From: Haplodiscus bocki
Taxonomy: Eukaryota
Length of the DNA stretch: 64,000 bases
Direction: 5' to 3'
Assembly (NCBI GenBank): GCA_965655095.1
Contig: OZ296649.1
Location: 66,030,001-66,094,000 of the forward strand
This document shows, in pieces, positions 34,915 to 49,959 of the stretch. The notes beneath the pieces were generated by a model. That model was not told the DNA's origin, made no database searches, and saw only the letters and a list, made by a program, of their open reading frames with translations. Both the position numbers and the translations under genes were made by a program. Position 1 is the first letter of the stretch. Every line of letters begins with the position of its first letter.

Positions 34915-37900
34915 GTTGTGAACGTTACAATTCTATCTAACAGAACAGTAAAAAAGGAAACCTACCTCTTATTTCCAATCTGAAGCAGGAGAACGTTATC
35001 AAAGCAACAGTTAGTTTTTGTGAAAATCGGACAAAGTTTAAAAACCAGAGTTTGTATAAGCAGTTTTTCCTAGTTTCAGAAAAAATTCAGAACTCCAGGG
35101 AATCGATTGTCAACTTTTCAAGTAATTGAACAGTTTTTTCTGCTAACCTAAAAACAAGGAGGGTCCAGTGCTTTTGATTGTCTACCTTTTCGCTACGAAA
35201 GTTTTTTTCCGTGCAGGTGGAGATGTTCTCAAGCGGGAGTTTCAATTTCAGTCTACTCTATCCCAATACCAATTTCTTTTATTCTGTTTGAAAATATCCT
35301 ATTTTGCGTCGAAAACATTTTTGACAGAAAAACAATTTAAACAATGGTTTTAATTTTTTTTTCTTTTACTGATTTTCCCCATGACTTTTTCAAGAAAATG
35401 GAAAAATACAGATACGTTTATCAGGAAAATTTTTATGTAATTGTGTCAAAAGGTCAATTTATCAGTAAAAACAAATGAGAGTTTCTTTCAAAATTCTATT
35501 ACAAAAACTTTTGACTGTTGTATTTTCTCCAGAGCCAAAAAACACATCCTTTTCACGAAAATTTATCCGCTTCAGCATATCGTACTATCATTTCCACGTT
35601 GAGGTAATGCCGAAAAACTTCATTTACTAATGAAGTTCATCGATGTTGGAACTAACTTTTATGCGAAGTTACCTTGTAAACTTTTTTGATCTAGGCCTCA
35701 ATGAAACTCTTCTACTTGTACTGATTTTGTCTTTTGGAAATTTTTCGATTCCGTTCCTGGCATCAGAATCCTGATTGCCTGAAAACTCGAAAAAAATCCG
35801 CTAATATTGATTCATCTCTGTGTTCAAACTCACATTCCTTTGTATTTACAAAAACTTGATGTCTTTTGAGAACGTCGCAATCGAAAACTGCAAACTTGTA
35901 AATCAAGCTCCCATATGAAAGAACCAATCGTTTTGATCGTGGCATGAAAATCTTGACGATATGAAAAATAAAAAAGTGCTGTTAAATTCGGTTCATTTCA
36001 ACTATAGCAGTAACTTTTCTAGTTGAATACGTTTCTTTCTGCGAAGGACCAGGCCGAAAAAGTTGAACTTGTAGAAGAAGATTTGAGTGAAAAAGTTTCT
36101 CACTCTGATCCCTACATTAGTTTTCGATCATCCAGAAAACCCCAAAGTGCTACTAATGTCAATCTATCCTGATATTTAACCTCATATTTTTCCGTAACTA
36201 CAAGTTTCATTTCTTCCGTAAAAAAACTCAAACGCAAGTCTTATAGTTGTAGAGCATGATTTGTTTGAAAAACAACCAGTCTTTTTTGTCCTAACATCAA
36301 CTTACTGATTATCCTAAATATCCTAAAATCCAATTGATTTTGATTTCTTGCGACATGCAAACAGGATCTTCTCCCCAACTACAGGTTTGATTTCTTCCAT
36401 TAAAGTGTCAATCGAAGGCTTCATACTTACAAAAAAAAGCTTCAGTTATTTGAAAATCATTCTTTTTGACTTTTACATCAAAGTGCTGCTAGTTTGAAAA
36501 ACCGGTGAAATTCTTTTGATTTTCATTTGTCTCCACATAGAAAAGCCGATTTCTTTTTAACTATAGTCTTGATTCCTTCTATCAAAGTTTCATCCAATGG
36601 CATCACAATCTTGGGGAAGTATAGTTTCAAAACACATTCTCCTTGATTGTTCCACAAGAATCTTGAATATTCGAAAATTTATAAGTTTGCTAATTTTATC
36701 CGTTTGTCTAGACTATCGAACTAATGTCTCTTTTTGAATACAGCTTTGATTTTGCCCGTGGAGGACTCACCATCAGAAACTTTAATTGTGCCGGAGGTTT
36801 CGAAGGCCTTTGTTATAATTGGTCTTTTTAACACCTTGCTGATAACCCAGAGAATGCGAAAAGTGCTAATAACATCGTTGAATCTCGACTTTTTTTTCCT
36901 ACCTCTGTAACTACAAGAGAGAAGCAACCGCAGGTATTACACTATTCGAGCAGGATTTCTTTAAAAAATAACTCATTTTCATCCTCCCATGACTTTCCTG
37001 ACATTCCAAAAATTCCAAAAACTGCTTTAAATATACTTTAGTCTCGACAATCAAATTCATATATCTCCGTAGCTAAAACTTCATTACTTCCATCACGGTA
37101 AAAACTTGAATTTTCGCACTCGTAAAGAAAGTTTGGATTGAAAAATTACTTTTTTCGTTTCTTGAATCAAATCCAGATATCCCCGAATTTTTGCAAAAGC
37201 TGCTTTCGTTGTTGATTCAAGTCAGTTTTCAAGCCCGACTTCAACGGTAACTAAAACTTTGATTTTTTCCGAGAATCTCTCAATCAAAAATTTTACGGCT
37301 GTAGACGAGTATTCATTTAGAAAAACTTTCTTGATCCATGAATGGATCTCATGAGAGCCCAAAAAATCCAGAAAGTGCTTTCAAATTCGCTTCATCTCCA
37401 TCTTCAAATCCGTTTATCTCCGTATTTACAGAATTAAAAATTTCCACGAATGTCTCAATCACAACGCGCGTACATGTACAAAATTATTCGAAAAAAAATT
37501 CTTTCTGATCTTTGCATAAACTTCCTGATAGACCAAAGAAACGAGAATTGCTTTTTCGTTGCTTTTTGTCAAACTTCAAACTCATAACTCTCATCAACCA
37601 TAGCTTTCAATTGTTTTTTACACTTTTGGAGCCTGATTCAGTTTTATCAGGTATCATCTTCTTATTCAAAGCAAACTCCTGCTGGGCCGGAAAATCAAAA
37701 ACATATTTACCGATTAACCTTGACATTCAGAATTCAAGCCCATTTTTCTACTTGACAACAGTTTTGATTTCTTTGAAACAGGTGTGAAATAAAAAATCAA
37801 ACAATTGTAGAAGAAACTTCGATTTAAACATCAGTCGTTCTCATTATTGCAACATTGAGCCTTTAAATTTTCAAATTATTGCCATTAATGTTGATTTTTC

Positions 37901-40900
37901 TCGATATTCAACATCATTTTTCTCCAAACTTTTGAGGTTCGCTTTCACCCGCGAAGGCTCAACTGCAAGTTTTACACTTTTGAAGAGGTAATCTACTTCC
38001 AAATCTCTCATTCTGATCCTTGCATCGAATTCTTGATAATCGGACGAATCCAAAAACAACTTTCTAAATTGTTCGATATCGATAAATCGAAATAAAAACT
38101 CCCCTTAGTTACAGCTAGAGTTCTTACATGAAGTTATCAATCAAATGTTTTTCAAAAAGTAGGAGATGTTTTGATCTGGAAATGTTTCGTTTAGCACAAT
38201 GAATCAGAAATTAGATAATCCGAAGAGTCCAGAATCTGCCAATGACAATGATTCAAGTTCGTTTTCAAACTCCTTTTCCTCCTTAAGTACAGTTTTGATT
38301 TCCTCCATGAAGGTTACATTAAAACCTCTACAGTTGTAGAGGACGGTTCGTTTGGGAAAGTCCTTGTGGATTCCTGCATCGAACTTTCAGGGTCCGAAAA
38401 TTTCACGGAACGAATGCAAATTTGCTTCTTCTCCGTATTCAAATCTTTATTCCTCCGTACTTACAGGTTTGATTGGTTCCGTGAAAATCTCATACGCAAG
38501 GTTCAATGTATTTGAGGAGGATTCAGTTGCAAAAAAAAATAATTTTGATCCTCGCTTCAAATATTTGACACCCCATAAAAACCCAAAAAGTGTTCCAACA
38601 TTGTTTAATCTCGATATTGAAATACATTTTCGTCGCAACTAGATGTTTATTTTCCTCCATGAACGTATCAAAAGAAAGTCTTCCAACAGTGGAGCAGACT
38701 TTGATTGAAAGTTCATTCATTTATTTCCTTGAATCAAAGTCCTGATTTCTGGAAGTTGCCAAAAAAATGCTATTGATTTCGACTCAAGTCCGTGTTCAAG
38801 CTCAGTTTCCGCCGTAACTATAGGTTTCATTTCCCCCATGAATCTCAACAAGTCTCAATTAAAACTCCACGGTTGTAAAGAATGATTGAAATAAACAAAA
38901 TTTTTACTGTCCCCGATTTGATTTCCTGAGGGTCTAAAAATTTCAAAAATGCCTGCAGGTTTGCTTTACGTCCGTCTTCATATTTCTGCGTTCTCACAGG
39001 TTTGATTGGTTTCATCAAAACTTCAACGGCAAGGTTCATATTTGTAGAGGAGCACTCGATTGGGCAAAAACTTTCGATCTTTCCGTTATTTCTTTGACAG
39101 CCCAAAATGCCCGAAAAAAATTTTTGAAATCTTTTCCAAATTTTCAAACTCACATTTGACAATAAACACACGTTTCATTTGTTCAATGAAAAGCTGGAAC
39201 GAAGATTTCACCTTCTCAGAGCCGGCTATGGGACGGAAAATCAATATTGTTCTTTTTGACATCAACCGCCTGATGTTCCTACGTATCAACCGCTAGGAAA
39301 ACTTCTCAACATTCAAACACAAAATTCTCCGTAACCAAAGCGTTGATCTCCTTTAAATGGGTCTAAATCGAAACTCCGATGTTTTTAACAGAGGTTTCGA
39401 TGAAAACATCAGTCGTTTCCATCGTTGCATCACAATTTTGATTATTCAAACTTTCCTAAAAAAGCTTGTGAACATGGTGTCTCTCGATATTCAATTTCTT
39501 GTTTATTCCTAACTAGACGTTTGACAGCCTCTACCGCAAGACTCAATAACAACTTGTGAAGTTTTCAAGGAAGTCTCTATCGAAAAACGTTTCTTCTGGA
39601 TCATTGCATCAAATTTGCGATATTCCATAAATCCAGAAAATGCAATCAATGTCGTTTTATCTTTATTTTCAAAGTCTTATTCCTCCGTGACCACAGGTTT
39701 ATTTTTTCGATAAAACTCTCTATTGTTAGCTGCTTAAATAACTGGATTGATTGTTTCTCCAAGTTCCACCTAGCGTGAATCTCCGAATGGTCCAAACAAT
39801 CCGAAAAATGCTATTGACATTGATTTTTCTGGACCTTCAAACCCATATTTCCCCGTAACAACAGCTCTGAGTTCCGCAAAGAGGTCTAAATAAAAAACGT
39901 AATACTTTTAAATGAGGCTTCGGACAAAACATCGATTCTTTTGCTCGTTCTAAAAATCCTGAGTTTTTGAAAAAGGCTAACAGTGCTATTATTGTAGTTT
40001 AAACTCAAGACTTAACATTTTGTTTTGCTATATCTAGAAACTTCATATCTTCCGCGAAAATTTCAATCGCAAGGTTTACAGCTCTGAAAGAAGAATCCAA
40101 CAGGGAAACTTTGATTATGATAGTTGCAACAAACTCCTCATAGACCAAATGATCAAAGATTTGCTTTTAATAAAGTGTGGTCTTGATCGTCACATACATG
40201 TTTGTCCGTAATTACAAGTTCCGTTTCCTCAAGAAAGGATTTAACCTAAAATTTTTCATCTTTTCATTAGTATGGCTCTGAAACAAACAAATCATATTAT
40301 TTGTGCTTTTATTTTGTATTATCTCGATATTCAGATCCTTTCTTCTACGTGACTAGAGTTTTTTCACTTCTCCCATGAAGATTTGAATGGCAATTTTTGT
40401 GAAAAAAGGGCAAATGTTGCAAGAAGAACTTCTCTTTTGATTCCTTGCACCAAATTTCCGGTATTCGGAAGTTTCCAAAAACTGCTACTGTTAATGAATC
40501 ACTTTCGTGAGCCGGTTCAATTTTCCCCATAACTACATTTTTGATTTCCTCCGGGAAGACTTCACCTAAAAACTCCACAGTTGTGAAGAAGGAAAAAATC
40601 TAAAAATATTTTATATAATTTTTTCGATCTTCGCATCAACGTCTTGATAGATCAAAACCCCAGAACTTGCGAATATAACTTTTTCGCGAAATTCAAAATC
40701 ATGTTACTCAATAACCTCAATAAACACAGGCTTCGCTTCTTCCATGAAAGACTCGACCAAAAAAATTTCACCAGTAAAAGTCAAATATTCTAATGAAAAC
40801 TTTCAGTTCGATCCTTGCATGAACTTCACTTAGTCCAATGAACCTGAAAAAGGCTCTAAATTTTGTTTCAAATCAAATTTCAACAACATTAATCTCCAAA

Positions 40901-43900
40901 AATGCAGATGAAAGTTCTTGGGAGAAGGTTTCGATCGAAATTTTTCATTTTTAAAGGGTGGTTTGGGTGGAAAAAACACCCCGTTTGAGTTTTGCTTCAG
41001 ATTGGTGTTCGTCCGGAAAACTCAATAATTACCATTTTCTTTTATTTGTCTCGAGCTTAAAGTCAATTTCCTTATTTCTTTATTTAGAGTCTCCAGTTCT
41101 TGCATCAAGGTGTCAACCAAAAGCTGCGCCCTTTTAGACAAACTATTGAATGAACATCTTTCAGTTTGGTCCTCGCGTCAAACTCCCCATAATTTGAGGT
41201 TACCAAAAGTGCTTTTAATTTTGATTCACCTCGACCAACAAATTATCGTTCTCCGTGAATGCAGTTCTAATTTATTTCAGGCGGAACTTCATACCCAAAA
41301 CAATTTGGTTGCATAGGAAGATTCGAGTGAGAGATTTTCTTCAATTTAATCACTTGCATTAAATTCCCAAAAATATCCCGGAAATTCCACAGAGTGCGGT
41401 TAAAAAAGTTGATCACGATATTCAACCCCATACTTCTCTGTAATCAAAAGTTTGATTTTTTTCCATGAGATATTAAACCGCAAGCTCAACAACTTTCGAG
41501 GGGGGTTGATTCTCTATTGAACCATTTTGAGCGCTGAGTCGAACCCCTGAGAAAGTTCAAGAATTGCTCTTAAGTTTGCTTCATCTCCACTTTCAACTCC
41601 TTATTCCTTTGAAAAAACAGGCTTGATCAAATCCATGAAAATTCGAATTGCGAGATCCGTTCTCTTAAAAAATGTTTCCATTAGGATTTTTTTTCGATCG
41701 TTGCATCAACTTACTTATACCTTGAAACTGCAAAAAGTGCTGTCATTTTTTTTGGCATTGTTGAAACTGGTTTTTCTCGAAAACCGCAAATTGTTTTTCT
41801 GACAGGAAGGTATTTATTAGCGTTTTTACTTTTTTAGAAATAGCTCCGAACAAAAAACTCCTCCTGGCATCAACCTGGTGATGTTCTAATGTGTTTGAAA
41901 GCTGCCTACAATACTGACCTGTCTCGATAATCGAACCCAATATTCTCCGTATTTGCAGTTTTTATAATTTCTATGGAAGTCCCAATCAAACGCCTCATAC
42001 TTGTGAGATGGGCGCCGAAAAAAAAATGTATTCGTTTTCTGTGCTGCATCAAAGTCCAGATGATTTGAAAATTCCAAACATTGCTCTATATGTTGTTTTG
42101 TCTCGATATTCAAAGACTCAACCGCAAGTTTTTCAAATTCAATGGAGGAAACTTTTTAAAAAACCCAACCTCATCCTTGCAAGAACTTACCGATGATCCG
42201 AACAATATGAAAAGTGCGTTAAAAATGTTTTGTCTAGCTATTCAAAATCACATTACTCCACAACTTCAGTTTTGGCCCTAAAAGTCTCACTCGAAACGTT
42301 TTCAATAGTATCAGAATCTTCAATTGAAACGTCAATCAGTTTGAACGTTGCATGAAATCATAAAAAATAATTAAAACTGAAAAGAAAATGGTTGTTCATC
42401 TCATAGTATCTCTATAGTCAAAATCAAAAACATCCAAACTAGAAACTTGATTTTTTCCGTGAAATGCTCACATGCAAGTTCACGAACTTGAAAGAGGCTT
42501 CATGAAAAAACTTTTCATTTCGATCCTTGCATCAGATCCCTGATATTCCAAAGTATCCAAAATCTGGTATTGGTATTGATTCAAATAGACACTCAAGCTC
42601 ATTCTCTTCCGTAACTACAGGTTTGACTTTTTCTATGAAGAGCTCAAAAAAAATCAAGAGTTGAAGAAGAGGATTCAATTGACGGAATATTTTGATAATT
42701 TCATCGAACTTCTGTGTCTCCGAAACATTCAAAAAATGTTTTCAACTCTGATACTCCTTAATTTTCAACGACACATTTTTCTTTGCTTTCTAGTTCGACT
42801 AGTTTTATGATCGTGTCAACGCACAACTCATACCTTTGGAAGCGAATTGGAGTAAAACTAAATGTATTTTGACCCATGCATCAACATCTTGATAGTCCGT
42901 AAGGTGGAGAAACGCTAAAAATGTTGCTCTACCTCACCTTTCTAACTCAGTTTTTTCCGTAACCACAGAAATCAGTTCTTCCATGAAATCTTCAGTCAAA
43001 ACGTTCACCACTCTATTGCTCGACTTGATAGGAAAACTTTTCAAATCCCTCCTAGCATTAACCTACTGACGGTAGGAAATTACTGAAAATTGCTAGAGTT
43101 ATTGACTTACATTGACATACACTTTCAATTTCCTCCGTCAATCCCTTTCTGTTTTTGTCGAGTGAACTCCCAATGGAAAAGTTCAACCTTGTAGAAGAAA
43201 CGATCGAACTACAAATCACTCTTTTCGATCGTTGCATCAAAGTTTTCATTTTTCAAAATTTCCGAAGCTTCGTATTGATGCTGGTTGATCTCGTTAACCA
43301 ACATCAAAAATCCTCTTACCAACAGGTTTGATTTCCTCCATGAAGGACTCAACAGCAAGACTCAAAACCATCGAGAGCTATTGCATCAAAAATGTATTCA
43401 GTTCCATCCTTGAATGAAAGTCCTGACTGTCGAAAAAAACCAAAACCGTTTTTAAAGTTTTCCAACATCCATAACCAAGTTCATATTTTTCCGTAACTGC
43501 CCGTTTGATTTTATTCAAGAGGGACTCCACCGCAGACTTTACACGGTTTGAGTTGCATTGCATTGACAAAAAATATGCACTTTCATCCTTGCATCAATTT
43601 GCTGGCAGTCTGAAAAATCCTAGAATTGCTTTCAATATTGTTTTGTTTCGATAGTCAACCTATTATTTCTCGGCAACTACAGATTGATTTCCTTCAGCAA
43701 GGTAACAATGGAAAGTTTTTCGTTAGTAGAAAAACTTTTAGTTCAAAAACTAATCAGTTGGATCCTCGCATCAAAAACATGATATTCCGAAGGTTCCAAA
43801 GCTTGCACTCGACATTGTTATTTGTCTGTCTTTAATCTGAATTTCCTCCGTAACAACAGGTATGAAAGCTTCCAAGATGATTTCAACCATAAATACTACA

Positions 43901-45110
43901 GAGGAAAAATAGCATTTTTCAGAGAAACGTTTCTCTGATTACCGAATCAATTTCGGGAGAGCCCTGAAGTTTCAAAAAATGCGTTTAAAACTCAATCATC
44001 TTGACGTTCCAAAAAATGTCCATAATTTTAGGTTTGATAGTAGTTCCCTGAATGTCTCAACGGACAGGTTCCCACTTGTAGCGGAGGCTTCGAAAAGATT
44101 CGGTCTTTTTGCAACCTCGGAATGTTGAGATTCGAAAGTTCCAAAGATTTTTTTAATTGTTGGGTGATCTCGTTCATTGAACTCAGGTTTCTCCGTGATA
44201 CAGGTTTTGTATTTTCGGTGAAGGTTTGAACTGAAAGTTATCTAGTTATAGATGAAGATTGAAGTGGAAAAGAAAATTTTTATTCTTTCATCAGCTTCCT
44301 GATAGTCCAGGAAATATGAAAAAAGATAGGGTTTTTATTCCAACGTGATGTTCAACTTGTTTATTGTCCGTAACTGTAAGTTAGATTTTTCGTATCAAAC
44401 TCCTAATTGAAAAATTGTTTTCTAGCGGGATGGTTTGGGTAGAGGAAACTTCGAGTTCGGCTACTGCTTCAGAATCCCCTTCCTCCGAAAATTTCAATGA
44501 ATAACATAAATTTAGAATTGTTTTGAGAAAAAAATTCAATTTCTTCCGTAGGTGCAGTCTCCGTTTCCTCCATCGAGGTGTCAATCAAAAACAGCGCCTT
44601 TGTAGAAGAATTTTTCATTGAAAAGTCTTTCGGTTTCATCCTTGCTTCGAAATTCTTACAATTCGATTGTTTGGAAGTGTTCCATTTTGGTTGATTCATC
44701 TCAACTATCGAGCTAATGTTCTCCTTGAAAGCAGTCTTGATTTCATCCGCTAAAACTCCAAATGAAAACTTTTGACCTGTTGAAGTGGAATTGAAAGAAA
44801 GATTGTTTCCTTTTGATACTTGCAATATTTTCCCAGTAAACCAGAAAATACAAAAAGATCTATTGATGTGGTTCTATCCCAGGGTTTTGCACCACATTTC
44901 TCCGTATCCACTGCTTTGATATCATCCACGAAGGAGTCCAACGCAAGTTCAACAATTTTCGAGAAGGTTTGCGTTGAAAAGTTTTTTGTTTTGATCCCTG
45001 CATCCTAATTTTGTTGTTCCGATATTCCAAACGAAGCTACACCTAATTTTGGTTCAACTCCATCTTCAAAGTCCTTTTCCTCCGTAAACTAATTTTCTTC
45101 TTTTAAATGA
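34915..45110. repeat. Composite repeat block A: ~0.8-kb unique header plus ~50 diverged ~178-bp units
   Basis: Anchor CTCCGTAACTACAGGTTTGATTTCTTCCATGAA recurs every ~172-180 bp (e.g. 43489, 43669, 43846, 44366, 44544, 44721, 44900, 45080). Confidence 0.88.
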
Positions 45111-45289
45111 AGTCCTAAATCCAAAAATTGATAAATCAAACCACAATTTGAGCAAAGCAGTGTGGTTGAGTATTACATTCGATTACTACCTAATCCTTGC
45201 ACAAAGTTAGCTGAATTGAAAAGATCACAGATAATTGCAAACATCGCCCGTTAATGCTTTTCCTCAAGAGATTGAAAGAAATTTATGCC

Positions 45290-48200
45290 TATGATTGTAA
45301 CCATTTCACCTATATGACCATTGAAAATAACTGCTTCCTCTTTTCCATCCGAAACAGAAGTACGTCGACGCAGTAGAATTGGGAAATCTGATAAAAATCG
45401 GACACAGTTAATGAGAAACACAATTTGCCTAAGCAGTTATACCAAGTTTTCGAAAAGAAAGGTCAAAGGTGAATAAAAGTGATTGTCTTGATTTGAAACG
45501 ATGTAGCAGTTTCTTTCGCTGGACACCAAGTGGGAATCTTCTATTGCTTTGGGTTGCTTACATTTCGCTTCAAAATCATCTCTTCTTGCTGGTCGGGAAA
45601 ATTTCGAGCAGAAAAATCATTTTCACTGTACTCCATCTGGTTTCCAAAGTTCCTCTCATGATTGATTTTTGTGTCCAAACCAATTTCCAACAAAAATCAA
45701 TTTAGTGATCGGAGTTCCTTTCCTGTTCCTGATTTTGCTAGAGATAAAACCTAGTCTGAAGATTCGTCGGCTTCTCAAATAAAACAAATGTACGATGGCA
45801 GTGCATTTAGGTTGCCCACACGTAACGGGTTGGAATCCTCCAAACGTCCATAGTTTTGATAAAGTCTTGGATAATAATTAGCCCATTCTCGCTCTTGAAA
45901 ATCAACAAAAACAGTTTTTTGACAAAACACGGTAGTTTTCGATAAATGGGTTCTTTCGTCCGAAAGATTCTCCTCCGACGTATCAGAACCAAATCGTTAT
46001 TTCTCAAAAAGATTCTGAACGAACGGAATTTCTTTTCATTTTTCTGTACAATCGAAAAAATAGTTATAATCCTAAGTAGAAATTATTATATAAATGTGCC
46101 AAGAAGTCATTATGATTGAAATCAAATGAAAGTTTCTTTCAAATTTCTTTAACAAAACCTTTTGACTGTTATAATTTCTCCAGGGCCAAAAAATACATAC
46201 TTTTCTCGAAAATTTATCTGTTTCAGCATATGGTACTATCATTTCCTCGTTGAGGTAATGCCAAAAAGTCTCAATTAGTAATGAAGTTCGTCGACGTTGG
46301 AACTAATTTTTATGCGAGGTTACTTTTTAAACTTTTTTGATCTAGGCCTCAATGAAAAATTTCTACTCGTCTTTTGTCTTTTGGAAAAAATTCCATTCCG
46401 CTCCTCGCACAGAATCGCGATTGTTTGGAAGATCCAAAATATTCCGCTAATGTTGATTCATCTCGTTGTTCAAATACACATTGCTTTGCATTCACCAAAC
46501 ATTGATGTCTTCCGAGAAGGACACTTGTGGTTGAAGCTCCGATACAAAAAACACAATCAATTTGATCATTGCGGGGAAATACAGACAAATCGATAAATTT
46601 AAAGGGTACTTTCAATGATCCATTCCAATTTCTGAACCAAAGTTCCGCCCTGAAAACTGTCAAGATTGCTCCCGCGAAGTACTTATCCGAAAGTTTCATT
46701 CTTGTGGAAGAGGATTTGAGTGAAGTTTTTCCTCAATTGGATTTTCGCTTTAATTCCTAATCCGAGGAGCAAATATCCTTAACGTGGATTTTAAATTGTT
46801 TTATCCCGTTATTCAATATCATATTTTTCCCAAATTACAAGTTTCATTTCTTCAAGGAAAGACTCAACCGCAAGCTTCGCAATTCTAGAGTATAAGTTGA
46901 CTGGATACTGAACCAATTTTTTCAAAATAGCGTACCGATAATCCAAATTATCCGAAAAATGCTAAAAGAAGCTGATACATGGCAACATTCACACCTTTTT
47001 TATCCGTAACTATAAGTTTGGTATCTTCCATCAAGATGTCAGTCGGACGTTTAACTTTTTAGAGGACGTTTTGATTATGAAATCACTAATTTTGATCCCT
47101 GCATTGAAGCGTTGATTTTCCAAATCTTTTTAGATGGGGTAATGAAGTTGAGCCATCTCCGTTATCAACGTCTTTTCTGCGTAAAGTCGGATTCGATGTC
47201 CTCCATGGAGGTTTCAACTAAAAAAACCAAATACCTGCAACGGATGATGACATTGAGTCAAGTTCCCTTTTGATCCCTGCTTCGAAATTCTGAGAGTCCA
47301 AAAACTTCCGAAAGTATTTTTATTATTGCTTAACCTCGATAATCAAACCCTCAACTCTGCGTAACCGATGGTTTGATTTAATCTGTGCAATATTCAACGT
47401 GACGCTCCTCACTTAAGGAGAAGCATTCGGGTCCTTGTGTTTTTTTGTGATGATTGGAGAAATATCCAGATAACACAATGAACTCACTAATGTTTTTCTA
47501 CTCGATTTTCAAATTCCTCCTTCGCAATAACTACAATTTTCCATATTTTCAATCAATATTTCAATGAAAGTTTTTACATTTGCATTCAAAGATGCACTTG
47601 AAACAATTCTCTATCTGATCCCCGCATCAAACTTCTGAGATTCCGAACGTTTCAACAAATCCTTTTAAGATTGATTCTTCTCAGTACTCAAGCCCAATAT
47701 TCTTCGTAAGAACTTGTTTGATTTCCTGCATGATGGTGTTTTCCAAAAATAATACACTGGTAGAGGTGAGTACTAGTTTTTTTCATCTCTGTGGATAAAA
47801 TCCATCTTTTTAGTTTTTGCGTCAAATTCCTCATGGTTTGAACAGTCCTTCAAGCGCTTTTTAAACGAAATATTTTCGATCTTGTAAAAGAATTTTCAAA
47901 CGAACAAATTGTCATTATTAAATCTTGCATCAACTTTCCGATATTTTCGTTAAAAAAAAACAAACAGAGCTTTCCTTTAATGTTTTGTACTGAAAATCGA
48001 CGATAATTTCCTCCGCAAATGCAGGTTGATTTTATCCATGAAGGACTCAATTGCGACTTTTCGACGTCTTGATGAAAAATCTTCAAATCAATGTTCAGTT
48101 TCAACTTCGCATGAAATTCTTGATGTCCGAAAAGTCCAAAAAACTGATTTTGAAAAAGTTCAACATCCATTTTTTCATGTCCAAATTTATGTTTCTCCGT

Positions 48201-49000
48201 AACAACGTGTTTGATTTCTTTCAAGAAGATTTCCAGCGAAACGTTCGCGGTAATAGGGAAAGCTTTGATTGACAAATCAGTCAGTTCGATATTTTTGTGA
48301 AAATCTTGATTCTATGAAAAATCCATTAAGAACATTTCATTAAGAAGGCTAAGAGTTTTGATTCGTCTCGATACTCAAATCCTTAAACCTTCTTAGCAAC
48401 AAGTTTGATGCATGCCATGAAAATCTCAATCGGAAGTTCCCAAATTGTATATGGTGTTTCGATTGACAAATTGCTTTGTTTGACTTTTGTATCACAATCG
48501 TGTTAGTCCAAAGAGTTTAGGGTTTACCGTTAGATTTGAGTTACCTCGACTTCGAAAATTGACTTTGTCGGTAATTAGTCGTAACCTTGTCCATGAAGGT
48601 GACCACCGGAATCTTTACAACTGCAAGGGAGGAGTCTATTCAGAGTTTTTTAATTTTTTGGTTATAAATTCCGGCAATCGGAACATTCAATATCTGCTAC
48701 GTTTTTTGCTTCTTCTCCCTATTCAAACTCTCATTTTTGCAGTTTTACATGGCTAATTGCCCAAATGGAGGTTTCAATTGACAATCCTTCAGTCGATGAG
48801 GTTTCTCTAATACAGAAATATCTTGATCCTGTTCCGCGTGCTAAAATTGTTTTTAACACTGGTTCATTCAGATTTTCAAACTCGTGTCTCTGCAAAAGTA
48901 GTGATTAATTTTATCTTCGAATTCTCCGTCTAAAACATTCTACTTGTACTGGAAACTTCTCAAAGAAACCCAATAGATTTATTCCGTGTAAAGGAAAACT
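45290..49000. repeat. Composite repeat block B: second copy of header plus ~14 units
   Basis: 46096-46340 closely matches 35443-35705. The first units are colinear with block A. About two more units occur at 51870-52280. Confidence 0.85.
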
Positions 49001-49959
49001 GATGGCGTAAAAATGCCGGAAATTGCTAAAAGTTTTGACATGCCTGAAGACTCTATGAATATACAAAATTAGTTTCATTCAGCTCTACCTTCTGATTTTT
49101 CCAATCAAGGTGCCCATCAGGAGTTTTTTTTTTAAATCCAGACAGTTTTGTCTGCGAGGTTTACCGAAGTTGTTATATTATATATCAATCTCTTCTGCAT
49201 TTAGGGCTCTGGAAAGCCTCAATTTTGCAAAAAATGACTAAACAGACTATCGCACACTAAATTTTGGTTATGGTACTAAATGTATCTGTTGTCTTTGCGA
49301 AAGTAAGTCGAAATGAAAGCCAACTTTGTCAACTTGGTCAATATTTGTATAGGAATAGACGTTAGTTCCTCTCTCAAATTGGGATTCAAACTGATTTAAT
49401 TTTACATATTTGAATGGAGAGACCAGAGACCCTGTTCTAAATCACAATAATTTATGACTGGGGTCCGACAGTTTACCGATAGTTTTGTTTGCGGAAGAAC
49501 CTTCAAAACGGAGCAAAAATTGGCCAATTAGACCAAAGTTCTCATATTATAGGTTGATCATTTTCACGTCCAGGGCTCCGAAATCCTCGAATATTGCACA
49601 AAATCACCAAAAATACTATGCCATACAGTGCCACAAACTTTTAGGTGTGGTCCAATCTTTTATCGATAGCCTTCTTCACGGCAGAATTCTGAAAAGCAAG
49701 ATAATTTTGGTCGAGTTGAACAATCTTGTCATATCACAGGTCGTTTCTTTCCGCATGTAGGCTCCAAAAGCCTGAATGGTACACAGACTGAACGAAGCGA
49801 CTCTGTTATAATGCACATTAACTTTCATTTGTAGTCCGACGTTTCTTCGGTGTTTCTCTGAGAAAAAAAATAAAAAATTGAGCTATATTTTGCCAGTTTG
49901 ACCATTTTTATCCTATTATAAATTGTTTAATACAACTTGAAGGGAACAAAGTTGCCTGA

